Translations under genes and position numbers: made by a program
NCBI GenBank assembly: GCA_003693705.1
Contig: RBZT01000323.1
Coordinates: 15,625 to 79,624 of the forward strand
DNA length: 64,000 nt
Reading direction: 5' to 3'
DNA from: Polymyxa betae A26-41
Taxonomy: Eukaryota > Protista > Endomyxa: Phytomyxea
Notes under the pieces: generated by a model
Told to the model about the DNA's origin: nothing
Databases searched by the model: none
What the model saw: the letters and a program-made list of their open reading frames with translations, nothing else
Part shown: positions 23,882-35,906 of the stretch, in pieces
How the letters are laid out: each line of letters starts with the position of its first letter
How positions within the stretch are numbered: the stretch's first letter is position 1

Positions 23882-25585
23882 TTATTTCCATATTTTTATT
23901 GTGTTATCTGCGGAACACGACGCCAATATCAGCTTTTCTCGATGGAACGACACCGAATAGACCCGATCGCGATGCCCTTCCAGGTTTCTGCCAGCGATCT
24001 TCGACTGGGCCGTCAAACGAGTGGCACCAACATCGAAAAGGTAGACACCAGAATCCGCGCTTCCAGCAGCAACTAAAAAGCTATTTGATGAACGGCCACC
24101 CAGAAGCTGGTCGTCTTCAGGCTGGTAAAACAACAGAATAAGTTTAATACGGATTTGAACGTTGCTGAGTTTACGCTATCGTCTGATTGGTCAGTGTTGA
24201 TGTAAATCGAGCTCCGAATGGGCCAATTCCGAGTCTTATGCCCGATCAGCTCGTAGATAATGCCCATCGAAGGCCAATCGTACAGCCGAATAATATTATC
24301 GAAACTGTTCACAGACAGGACTTCGCCATTGGAGGCAATGTGAGAGACCGGCGAGTTCGAAACGGTAATTGTTGATGAGCATTGCCCTTTGGCCGTACTC
24401 CAGCACTTCAGATTGCCATTATGATCACCACTTAGAATCTGTTCACAAGCTAAAGAGAGCGTAGTAATGAATCAAACTAACAGAGAAGTGATGTCGGACC
24501 AGAAAATAATCGTTGAATGCAGAAAACTCGAATGTGTTTGCTAAAATGAACCTGTTTGTCATCAGGCAAGCAGACGATCGTGTTGACCATGACGTCGTTC
24601 ATGATTTGGCAGATCGGACTGGATCCAGAACGCGTATCGAATCCCGATATCGTTCCTTGAGAAGTGGCGACAAAGAACGTGGCGCCGCTCGAGCACGAAA
24701 CGGATTGAATGGCTCCTGGGACATTAACGACCAGAGAGACAGTCTTAGAAAAAGTATCCCATACATTAGCCTGCAATCTTGATTATACATTTACAGCTTA
24801 TTTCGCAGGGAAGAGCAATTAAAGTAAATGTTAAGCAAATCAAAAATCAATAAGCCTGCAAATGTCTGAAATCGATAGCTATAACGAAATAAAATGCAAA
24901 AATTATAGGCTATTAGCAAACTTGAAAGTTGCAGAATAAATTATTTACAGAGCCATCAAAGGAGCCAGTGACGATCTTGGAGTTATCGTTTCCCATCCAG
25001 CACAGACTCGACATATTCCGCTGTGCATCGGATAGAACGACGGGTTCATTAGGTCGGATCAGACGAGACGATTCCAGGTCCCAGAACCGACACGAACCAT
25101 CAAACGACCCGCTGGCAAGCACGCTTCCCGATGGACTAAAACACAGATTACAGAAGCGATGGCAAGAGAGGATCGACCGACCTCCATGCGATATCGTAGA
25201 CAGCACCGCCATGACCTTTCAGAGTCGATTTACAAGTTAATTGGGTAGCGGCGCCCTGCTTATGAAGGAACGATTCGTCGTTCATATTGCTGTCTCGATC
25301 CGAGTTTGCAGCCGACACAGCTGCCAGCGCCTGGCCGACATCGAAAGGCGCCAGCGGCTGCCTCATCGACGAAATCAATCGAGCTTGCTCGAAGTTCAAA
25401 TCATAGACGGTCTGGCATCAGATTGGGTGAGACACGAAGGTCGCCGGCGGAGGCATTACACGCTTCAGATCGCGGTTCTCTCTCTCGAGATTGTCGATCT
25501 GGGCCTTGAGCTTCTTGATGGTGGCCTGCGCCAGCTCCAGCGATCGACTAAGAGACGGCCCACATGCTGTTGTCGACGTTTGCAT
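23882..25585 (-). CDS. WD40-repeat protein with N-terminal coiled coil, multi-exon
   Basis: LKGHGGAVYDI, LASGSFDGSCRFWD, VTGSFDGSV, LEGHRDRVYSV..LASCSADNTIKIW. Confidence 0.82.
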
Positions 25586-25886
25586 AAGTGCGACCAAGAC
25601 AGAGACACAAAGCCCTATAAGAGACCGCCCTTACATTTTCTATCTGTCTGTTTAAAGGCAGCTTAAAACATCATATCACATCCCTCATGTAACATTACAT
25701 TTCGGGACCCAGTTCTAACAACCTGCGCCATTTTCAACAAAAAAAATCGCTATAACCGCATTATTCAAGGGAGACAATCTGCAGCGATGGGATAACGTTT
25801 TATAGATTTGCTAAAGCCAATTTGATCTGAGATTCTAGAGAGAAGAAAGCAGAGCGATTCTGGAGGAGATGGTGAGGTTTATATGA

Positions 25887-26429
<543 letters not shown>

Positions 26430-28741
26430 ATAAACCCATCCGGATTCCGCTTTTAATGAGATCTTGTCTGGTTTTTGTAGCAGGGCTGATATGCAATCGA
26501 GGATTCATTGGTTGCTCTTTGAGGAGATTGCTCTCGGCCTATTGTATCTTCTTTCTTGCCATATCCGTTATAATTGTCGCAATTTTTCGATGCCTGTTGA
26601 TTCTTCATGATGTCTCTGCGAATTGTATTTGCTTGAGCTATGAAACTGCTTTTCTTAGCATTAGTAGCCGATGATTGATCTCGGGTCTGCCTCCCTACTG
26701 ATTGTTGGGGTTGTTTCGCTTGTTCTCTATCGCTGTATATTACTTTATTTCAGAGAGCCACCGATTCAGTTCGGCTCTGTCGTTATGCTTATTCCAAACT
26801 GCTCATTATAAGCCTGATTTGATGGAATATCTGATTAGCTGATCAATGTCCGAACATTTGGGTTTCGTTGTCAGGATTGTAATTCTGGAATATCTTTTAG
26901 CTGGCGATATTTCTCTGCTGCATCTTGCTCTAGCTTCGATGCCCTCTTCTGGAACGCGTCTCGACTCTCGATGCTGTTCTCCTGTTATCCATTAAGTGAC
27001 TATATATTGTGCACGCGAATACGCATCGTGTAATTTTCACCATATTGTGGCATAATTTCAATTGAGTGCCTTGTTGAATCTTTCAAATCACCAATCCTGC
27101 TTCTTTCTGGAATCTGTTTCAGATAACTGCGGTTTAACTGATTCAACGTTGCAGTCTGGGTATCGAAGGTTTTCCACTTCCAAAGAATTCGATTATTTGT
27201 TCAGCTTATCGGGCAATTATTGCCCAAGGTTTTTTAGTTGGGTCATGAATGGGAACATCCAGAATTTCCTATCGTCGTACTGGATCACATTTCCTTGCCA
27301 TTAATCAACATCGGACTGCGTACGTTGATTTTCCAAATGGCTCTGAAATTTACATCAAAATGCAACTCTTTTGCATTGTGATTCGAGAAGCTGAGAATAT
27401 AGGCATGATACGACTGTGGCGCCTCGATGAATGCTGCATGGGATATTCTTGCCAAAACTATGCAGACTGTCAGGTCAGGCATTGTCCTTGTACATGTCTC
27501 TGCATTCGTAGTCTTTCTGGGTCATTGGCATCAGAACCTAAATTTCTGTCATCTCGTTTGCCTTATTCGTCTACGTCCTTGAATCCCGATTACTTGCTTA
27601 ATTTTCACGAGTGTCTGTTTTCTCTGCATCAATCTTTGCAAAGATATTCGCCCGATTCTTCTGAATCTAAATTTAAATAAAAAAGGACATGCCAATCGTT
27701 TTCCTTCTGATGATCTCTTTATCGCCCTGGATACCTCTTGTACCATGGGAGATCCGGCAGAATTTTCGGTCAGAGATTAACGAAATGATTGTCAGCAACG
27801 AGTAACGAACAATTCCAAATGAGAAGAGAGCAAAGAGTGCATTAATCCAGTTCCTTTGGCTACTTGGCCGGAAAGGCGGTTGTGGAATTTTGGCTATCCG
27901 CTGGCTATGGATCTCGATACAGCACCGAGCGTCGTAATATTTTCGCTTCCACACTTCTTAGATCTGGCTTCCTTACTACGATATGTGTGTAGACCATAGG
28001 CATCTTAATATCTTTGAGATGTCAATCCCTATTGCATGATAATCGAGAAAACACTAGAAAGCATGTTAATGCGTTTCGTCGACCCTTCCGACAGCTTCTT
28101 GATTTATGAGCGAATTCGTACTGTAACAACTCAGATTGCATCAACTCAACACCAAAAGCATTCCAGTTTCGTTCTAAAAAATGTTTGGCTACGATGCGGC
28201 GAAACGAGACGTTTCTGTTGCGGCGGCAGAAGCTCTAACGAGCCGCTTTTTTGGCACTTGAATCCAAAGTAATGATATGGACGAGATGTTTAACATCGGT
28301 GCTGCTATTTGGCAATAGCTCTATCGACCGCTTGCTCTCGCCTGACAACTGAACTCAATGCTTAACAAAATGGCGCTTAATGACACATCGTTACGAAAAT
28401 TAAGGGAGAGGCAGTGGGCTGCCCCAACGAAGGTCGATCGAGCCCAGGACGGCCCCATCGGCCCAAAGACCCCAAGTGATACTGACATGACAGCCAGTTA
28501 GGGGAGGTGAGGCACCCCTGCCTACAATGACCTGTTCCAGAGCAACTTCAACATTCGCCTAAATGGCTTGTAGATGAAGCTGCGGAGCTGCCGACACCGA
28601 TTGTCGCGATTGATCCGGGTTCCCTCGTACTTCATCTCGGCATCGCTCCCATCGCTGAAGAGCCGTGGTAGGCTCTTCAACTCAATGCTATCTGGTCCCC
28701 TGATTCCAAGCCAGAGCTCGGGCCTTCGTCATTGCTCTTCC

Positions 28742-30818
28742 ATGAATGGAATGTCATCGGATGAGAGAAGCAGCCTATGCGGGCTGCAAGTCGTTAGAGA
28801 GACTGCTGAGAATGCATTAAATGCTCTGTATCAGACGCAATCGAAAATCGAACTCTCACGGCGTAAATCCTCAAGAGTTATGCTGCATTCAGAAGTAGAA
28901 AAAGCAACCGAATCTCTTGAAAAATGCTATCAAAGAATTACCCAGGTCCAAGCACAAATGTTTGCAGAGAATCCGATTGCAACCCAGAAGATTAAATACG
29001 TTTATCATTGGACCTTATCACAGCACAATGAATTCGAGACAACTGTCGCAATGGACGATTTCAAATCCGTTGCTGTTTTTCACCAATTCATAACGGATCC
29101 TAAACCTGAGCGAAATTACAACGCTTTTGGATTTCTGCTCCCGCATATCAACCAAGGCTTCGCTGCGGTTCGAGCTATAATCAACGCAGGCGATAATCGC
29201 AGCCATATATGGACGTCGATGCGATTAAATCAGCTCCTTGTCGAATGCAACAAAATCGAAGTTCTCGTCGATCTAATTCCAGCTGCCCTTGCTACTCCTA
29301 CCAATAGCGTGGCTTCTCCAACACAATTTCTTCTAGATGCTGTCGAAACTCCAACCGATCCCGAAAGCTTATCACGAAACCTAGCTACATTTGCTTCACG
29401 ACTTGAAAAGGTCAAGTGCATGGCGAAGGATGCGATTCAGCATTCGAACGGCTTGCTGCAACAGATTAAATTAGCAACGAGCGGTATATATTATTGCGCT
29501 AATCCAGATCAAGCACGTCATGAGTATTGCTGTTTTTTTCTTAGAAAAAAAACAATTCTCACTAAATCTGATTGTTGCAGGGCGAACCTGGTGGGTGTTG
29601 ATCCTGATATTCGCATGATCAAGTTCATGTGGAACCTCACAGAACACGCAGCTGGCCGAGCACTGTACAAAGTGACTTTCCCCAAGATCGCCCAGCACGA
29701 AACCTTCTATATTTTACCATCAGACATTGAGGCTGATGAACAAGCTCCAAATCAGCCTCCTGTTAAAGTCAGATATTTATCGTCCAAGTAAGGCTTGCAA
29801 ATCGGCTCATCCAGTTCATTTAAACTCGATCAGGCGTTCAGATCGAGTGGTCAAGAATATTGAAGCTATACGCCTGCGCCAGCAGCCATCGGGATGCCAG
29901 GTTTTTCTTAGATCTCCAGGGTGTTTGCGCTTCCAGTCAACTGCTTCGCAGGAAGACGACTTTCATGGTCAATTGGAGCCATTAATTCTGCATTTTCATG
30001 GGGGCGGATTCGTCGCTCAATCGTCTTACTCGCATCAAACATATTCGAGGCAGTGGGTTAATGGAACCAATGTCGCCGTCCTTTCAGTCGATTATCGGCT
30101 GGCGCCTGAATCGCAGTATCCAGCCCCTATAGACGACGCTTGGCTCGTATACAGATGGTGCCTACAACATGGACCTCGCGTTCTGGGAATCGATCCAACG
30201 CGAATCGTCGTAGCGGGAGATTCTGCGGGAGGAAGTATCGCTGCCTCTCTGGTGATCAAAGCGCTAGCGAACGGAGTTCAGCCACCATCTGGGCTTTGTA
30301 TGGCCTATCCCTGTCTGTGTTTAAGCGCTGATGTATTTTATCCATCATCCCTATCCTGCCTGGAGGAAGTTATGATCCCATACGGTTTCCTCCTAGGTAG
30401 CAACTTGCATTGTAAGACTGAAAACAGACTCTTAATTGTTTTACAGCTTGTATGAAGGCGTATGTTCCTACTAACGGCGACCCTTTACACGACCCAGAAT
30501 TAAGCCCAGCAGTAGTCTCCGACGACATTCTCAAGCGATTTCCAGCCGTCAAAATTATGGTGGGTGCGCGAGATCCTCTGCTAGATCAAAGCCTGGAATT
30601 CGCTCAGCGTCTTTATCTATTGAGCAAAGACATTCAGCTGGTCATCTATTCCGGATTTGGACACGGATTCCTGTCGTTCGATAATCCCGGTGAGAATGGC
30701 AAACTTACCTGATAATTGAATGGTCTGACGTCATCATCCAGTGGTGGGCGTACCCGAATCGCATTCATGCGTTTTGAAATCGATCGAGTGGCTTCAGCAG
30801 CTGACCAGGATGCAGTAG
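28742..30818 (+). CDS. Hormone-sensitive-lipase family (GDXG) alpha/beta hydrolase with long N-terminal domain, multi-exon; start may be as early as 28574
   Basis: LHFHGGGFVAQSSYSH, SVDYRLAPE, GDSAGG, DPLLD, HGFLSF; last exon ends TAG at 30818. Confidence 0.9.
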
Positions 30819-30941
30819 GGGTGGCCCATTGACAATCAGTCCTTCGTTAATATAGTTTGATATTTATTGGTTCCGAATCGGAGTTTAACTAACTGTCGCG
30901 TATTCATCCGAATTCTGCTGAGCATCACTATAGTCGGCGCT

Positions 30942-32480
30942 ATGCCGCTAATGGGGAAACATTCCCGCTACTTCGACAATCATTATATTCAAGACACGAG
31001 TGACTTTCTTCGATTACGTACTCAGGTCTATAACCACCCGGAGAATCTGGTCGATACCTTCCTCAGCCGGGCTGTCACCCTGCTTCATGCCTGCTCGGAG
31101 AACTCCATGCGATTGTTATCGGTGGCGTCCGGGTCGCCCACTCGTAGTCGCGACCTGCGTCGTTTAGGCCTGAAACTCTACAATGGCGAACTCGCCGGCT
31201 TCGGCTACGCCTTACATCGCATCGCCCGGACCCTCTCCATTATTCGATCGGAGATCACGTTCAGTGAGATGCTGTCGTCAACGCTCAAATCGATCGGAGA
31301 GATCCATTGCGGATTTCACGTTAACGAACATGATCTCAAATCGAAACAGAATTGGGCCAGTCCGGACGTCGATACACCTGACCCGCTTGTCCAGCTAATG
31401 ACCATCAACCAAGCTGTGAATCACTGCGAGGCGTTGTCGAATAAGGTCATGAAGCTGTGTATTGGCGCTTGCAATCGCATCGCGCCCGAACATGACGAGC
31501 TCGCGTCGCTGCCGACGTTGAACACGTTTCTCGAGAGCGATCTCGGCTCGCGTTCGTTTCTGCATCGACTGATGCAGCCGGCTTACGAAGAGCATCCAAC
31601 CCAGATCGCCAACCATCCGTTCGAATCGGGATTTCGGTCGGCGATTGAGGCCACGATCAAAGTCGCCTCCGCTCCGGATCGAGACGCCAACAACGAGCTT
31701 CTTTACGGTCGAGCCGGCGTCCTCTACACGCTCCTGTTCCTCTACAAGCATTGTCACGATTACGATTACGATCACGCTGTCGCCGACCTCTGTCGATGTA
31801 TTCTCGCCTCCGGGGCGATTCTCGCTCGTCATAACGAGACCCGTTTCCCGGTCTATTACGAATGGCATGGGAGCGACTATCTGGGCGCCGCCCATGGCCT
31901 TGCCGGCATCCTGTACGTCCTGCTGCAGGTCGACACCAGAGACGACGACCTGAATCGCCAGATCGAATCGGTCACCGTACAATCGGTTCAGCTCATGCTG
32001 AGCTCGTTGCAGATGCGCTCCGGCAACTTCCCGACCAAGCTGAGGGCTTCCCGTCTCGGCGATAGCGACAGCCTCGTGCAATGGTGTCATGGTTCGCCGG
32101 GCGTCGTTGCCCTGCTCTGTCGTATTCGCAAGTCCGGCAGCGATCTGGAGCGGCCATTAACGGCCGCGATTAACCGCGCGCTCGACGATATCTGGTGTCG
32201 CGGGCTGTTGCGGAAGGGCGTTGGACTCTGCCATGGTATCGCCGGCAATGGGTACGCGTTCCTTCGCGATCCGGGCCCGAATATCGACCGGAAGCTGCTG
32301 CTGGTGAAGGCGGTAGCGTTCGCCGAGATCGGCTGGGCCAAGATGGACGACCTGTTCGCCGTTCCCGACAACCCGTTCTCGCTCTACGAAGGCATCGCCG
32401 GCTTCGTCTGCTACCTGCTCGATATTGTCCTCGCATTGCACGATAAACCGATTCTTGGTATCCCCGGATACGATCTCTAA
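30942..32480 (+). CDS. LANCL: LanC-like protein (eukaryotic LANCL/GCR2 type), intronless
   Basis: ELLYGRAGVLY, YLGAAHGLAGI, VQWCHGSPG, GLCHGIAGNGYAFL, PDNPFSLYEG; zinc-ligand Cys/Cys/His retained. Confidence 0.95.
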   Translation: MPLMGKHSRYFDNHYIQDTSDFLRLRTQVYNHPENLVDTFLSRAVTLLHACSENSMRLLSVASGSPTRSRDLRRLGLKLYNGELAGFGYALHRIARTLSIIRSEITFSEMLSSTLKSIGEIHCGFHVNEHDLKSKQNWASPDVDTPDPLVQLMTINQAVNHCEALSNKVMKLCIGACNRIAPEHDELASLPTLNTFLESDLGSRSFLHRLMQPAYEEHPTQIANHPFESGFRSAIEATIKVASAPDRDANNELLYGRAGVLYTLLFLYKHCHDYDYDHAVADLCRCILASGAILARHNETRFPVYYEWHGSDYLGAAHGLAGILYVLLQVDTRDDDLNRQIESVTVQSVQLMLSSLQMRSGNFPTKLRASRLGDSDSLVQWCHGSPGVVALLCRIRKSGSDLERPLTAAINRALDDIWCRGLLRKGVGLCHGIAGNGYAFLRDPGPNIDRKLLLVKAVAFAEIGWAKMDDLFAVPDNPFSLYEGIAGFVCYLLDIVLALHDKPILGIPGYDL

Positions 32481-32630
32481 ACCGGAAATCAACAGAAACT
32501 TTCAATACAAAACACAAACAATTGTCGCAAAAGTGTCTCAGAATATTGCCACCCGTTGCTGTGACTTTCAGCCTTCTTCTCATTGGACGGATTTCTATCT
32601 CCAACGTTGTATTACAGGTCCGCCCAAGTC

Positions 32631-34985
32631 ATGTCTGGCGAAGATCCCGAATTCGACGATTTCCTGGCCCGCGTCGAGAACGTCAGCCAGGCGGTGAACA
32701 AGCTGGTCCGAGGCGAGATCTCGCCGGACGAATGCGATGCGATCAAAGCGAAGATCGAGCGGCGACCATCGCCGCCCACGCAGCCCGACCCCGAACGCCA
32801 TCGCCAGGGGTCCGGCAGCGCGGACCAGTACGCCCTCTACTGCCGCCGATGCGGTATCGAGCACGATGACGACGTCGCGACCTGCGCTGTGTGTCACCGG
32901 TCCGATGTGCTTGAGACGCGCCAGCAGCGCCATCAGTACTTGAAGGGACGTGTTCAGGAGCTGATTGCCCAACGCGAACGTCGCACTCAGCGTCGTCAAC
33001 GCTGGCAGCGTTATCGGGAGAATCGTCTCGCCACGAATCGCGTCGAGACCGATTTCGAAGGCTGGCAGGTCTGGGAGCCCGACACCGATTCCGACGACGA
33101 GCCCGTCCCGGATCGCCACGATCCGCGATTCGTTGCCCTCGATGCCAATATTCGTCGTCGCGATGAGGAAGTCGCGCGGAAACGGCGCCAGGCCGACGAG
33201 TTCAAGACCGAAGGGAACGCGTGCTTCGCCCAACACCGATACGTTCAGGCCTGCGAGCTGTATACGAAGGCGATCGAGCTGAAGAAGGACCAGCCAGCGT
33301 ACTATACGAATAGGGCGCTGGCCTATCTCCGTACCGATCAGTATCAGTTAGCGTTGGCCGATTGCGATGCGATGCTCGACATGGCCGAATTCTTCGGCGG
33401 CGACCGGCGCCAGAAGCACGACGAGTTCGTTCGGAAGGCGTGGCTGCGTCGCGCCATGGCCCTACATGGTCTGCTACGATTCGACGACGCCATCGAATCA
33501 TTGAAAGATGGCGCCCTGATATCCGCGCCCGGCGACCCGGAAGCCGTCGCTCTGTTGAAACAATACGAGGACGATCGCGACGAATACGCCCAAGAGCGGC
33601 GCCTTCGTTCCGTCGCTGAATACGACGATTTCCGCAACGTTGTCAAGCGATTTCGAGCCGGTGAGGAGGCCGCCGGCACCGTATTGGATCAGATACGCGA
33701 GCTCGGCGCCATCGGGAGGATCTTATTCCGATCGCTGAAAGGACTGGCGTTCGCCTTGGATCTCTTACCGAAGCAGACGGTCGCGATCGTTCCGTTGCTG
33801 ATCGCCGCCTCCACCGACAATCATCGAAGCCTGCATCTGATCGCCAAGCCGCAGCATTTGGATTGGATTTCGGGAAAGCTGCAAGAACGCCAACTCGCCG
33901 ATGCGGACGTGCTGGCTTTGTGCCAGCTGCTCCTGCATCTCTGCCAGATGGAGTCTGTGCGGAAACATGTCACGGCTGGGTTCGAAGGCGATCGTCTCTG
34001 GCGCGTCATGAATGCCTTGTTGCAGCGGCCGGGCAACGATGAGTGCCGGATCGCGGCGCTCGGTGTCGTTGCAAATTGTGCGATGACGGCGACATTCCGT
34101 AGGGCGATTCGTGAGGGTCCCGGTGGCGATAGCCATCCTCAACGATTGATCGCGATCGCCTCATCGAAATCGGCTTGCGATCAGCTGAAAGAACGGGCGC
34201 TCCATGCTCTGAACAACGTCCTGCTTGATAACACCATTAGAGCCAGATTCGCCGCCTTTGACGATCCGCGCGTGTTCCAGGTTCTGGTTGGAACGCTGTC
34301 GGTGGTCTGGAAGCGCATTCGTCGGCAGAGCGTCATCTGGTACGGGCACGACTCCCTGCTCTATGCTCTAAACATCATCGTAAACCTGAGCAGCGAGCCG
34401 GTGGCATTGCAGAGTTTAATCGCATCTGACCTTTTAAATAAGGTGAACATGCTAATTGCTGAAGGGTCGGGCATCATTCGGCAACACTCGTTACAGATTG
34501 TGGCTTGCTGCGCTAAAACCGGTCCATCTTCAAAAGCGTTAGTGCAGACGGCTCTGCCTGTAATATTTGAAGCTCTAACAGACAATGGATGTCGGGAGCA
34601 TTCGGTTCGTGCTTTGGCTGCATTATCAAGGCAACCAGAGTTCGCTAAGCACCTGTATGAATGCCGACCTCAGAAGGACGTTCGGGAACGCCTCGTCGAG
34701 CTGGTTTGCTCAAGCAGTGATCATCAAGTGATCGGCAACGTTTGCTTATGCATCTCGAAATGCATCGAAGCTGATGCTGAAGACGATTCCGTCGTAGTCA
34801 GCTTCGAGAAAATTATCCCGCGCCTGGCAGAAATTCTGTTAGATAGCGATGTCGATCAAGCGATTCGGCGCAACGTGGCGATTACGATGGCGAAGATGAG
34901 CCGACTACCGCACATATTGAGCAAGCTTCGCGAGCTACGAGTGTTAGAATGTATGTTGTCAACAGCACAAAGTCTATTAAGATAA
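32631..34985 (+). CDS. TTC12: TPR + armadillo-repeat protein, TTC12-like (axonemal dynein assembly), intronless
   Basis: N-terminal EFDDFLARVENVSQAV, three TPRs (FKTEGNACF, YYTNRALAYL, KAWLRRAMAL), ARM repeats, C-terminal RRNVAITMAKM..LRELR. Confidence 0.78.
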   Translation: MSGEDPEFDDFLARVENVSQAVNKLVRGEISPDECDAIKAKIERRPSPPTQPDPERHRQGSGSADQYALYCRRCGIEHDDDVATCAVCHRSDVLETRQQRHQYLKGRVQELIAQRERRTQRRQRWQRYRENRLATNRVETDFEGWQVWEPDTDSDDEPVPDRHDPRFVALDANIRRRDEEVARKRRQADEFKTEGNACFAQHRYVQACELYTKAIELKKDQPAYYTNRALAYLRTDQYQLALADCDAMLDMAEFFGGDRRQKHDEFVRKAWLRRAMALHGLLRFDDAIESLKDGALISAPGDPEAVALLKQYEDDRDEYAQERRLRSVAEYDDFRNVVKRFRAGEEAAGTVLDQIRELGAIGRILFRSLKGLAFALDLLPKQTVAIVPLLIAASTDNHRSLHLIAKPQHLDWISGKLQERQLADADVLALCQLLLHLCQMESVRKHVTAGFEGDRLWRVMNALLQRPGNDECRIAALGVVANCAMTATFRRAIREGPGGDSHPQRLIAIASSKSACDQLKERALHALNNVLLDNTIRARFAAFDDPRVFQVLVGTLSVVWKRIRRQSVIWYGHDSLLYALNIIVNLSSEPVALQSLIASDLLNKVNMLIAEGSGIIRQHSLQIVACCAKTGPSSKALVQTALPVIFEALTDNGCREHSVRALAALSRQPEFAKHLYECRPQKDVRERLVELVCSSSDHQVIGNVCLCISKCIEADAEDDSVVVSFEKIIPRLAEILLDSDVDQAIRRNVAITMAKMSRLPHILSKLRELRVLECMLSTAQSLLR

Positions 34986-34987
34986 GG

Positions 34988-35507
34988 CTAGCCGCCGTGA
35001 AGCGTCGAAATAAAGACGATATTGTCACCGTCTTTAACTGTAGACTTGAGGCCGGCGTCTAATTCCCAATCGACATCGTTGATTAAGACCAGAATTCCAG
35101 GCCTCCTATAGATACAATATTACGACAAGTGCGATAAATAATGAAAAAATATCATTACAGAAAGTATCATCTGATCAACAATAATCTCACTAAAAAATAC
35201 TGAACTTGATGTGAAAGCAAAATTTTGAAATTGAATTAACAACAAACTTGAAAGTATTATGATTAAAAGGAATACTGACACGGTGCCGTCTTGAATAAAT
35301 AATTCCTTTCTCTCTTGAATGATATGATCCCTGACATATTCGATGATCGTGCTTATCTGGACTTGGTCGCGCTCGTCCAGCTGGATCCGATGCGTCTTTT
35401 GGTTACCCGTCAGAGCGTCCAAACCACCGCTACACAGCATCAACAATGAGACCAAGGTCGGGCATCGCTTTTCAATGACCATACCCTAGTTCAACGGTCA
35501 CCTTCAT
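34988..35507 (-). CDS. URM1: Ubiquitin-related modifier 1; 3 exons
   Basis: Spliced: [50 protein letters not shown]. Confidence 0.95.
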
Positions 35508-35906
35508 CGAATCGCCACAAGCGGAATCCAACGACCCGAATGACTGCGTGATAGACTCGGCCTGGCCGGGTCATGTCGCGCGGCTTCCCTTCTGGCTTGC
35601 CTGCCGCCCTGGCCATGATCACCACGACTATATAACAAGTATAATAGAGCAAATGAGCGCCTTTGTAAGCCATGACGTGGTGAAGCTGCAGAAAACCCTA
35701 GCTGGTGGGGGGCACGACGTACAACCACTTGTCACGTAACGTAATCACAGATGTGATAAGGTCGTTATGTCGCTCTGCCTCTCTTAACGTCTCTCATTGT
35801 GGCATTTGGATTTTGGCTCTTTCCAGCGCCGTCTGCGCTTTATATCACGGCGTCAGACGAGGCATATGGCTGAACGGCCTGGCAGGTTCCAACCGTGCTG
35901 ACTTGT

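Noticed and set aside
31183-34585. Numerous long overlapping and antisense ORFs
   Set aside because: Expected shadow ORFs in GC-rich coding DNA; no recognisable motifs
28742-34985. Lanthipeptide biosynthetic cluster around the LanC-like gene
   Set aside because: No LanB/LanM dehydratase, precursor peptide or transporter nearby; motifs are those of stand-alone eukaryotic LANCL
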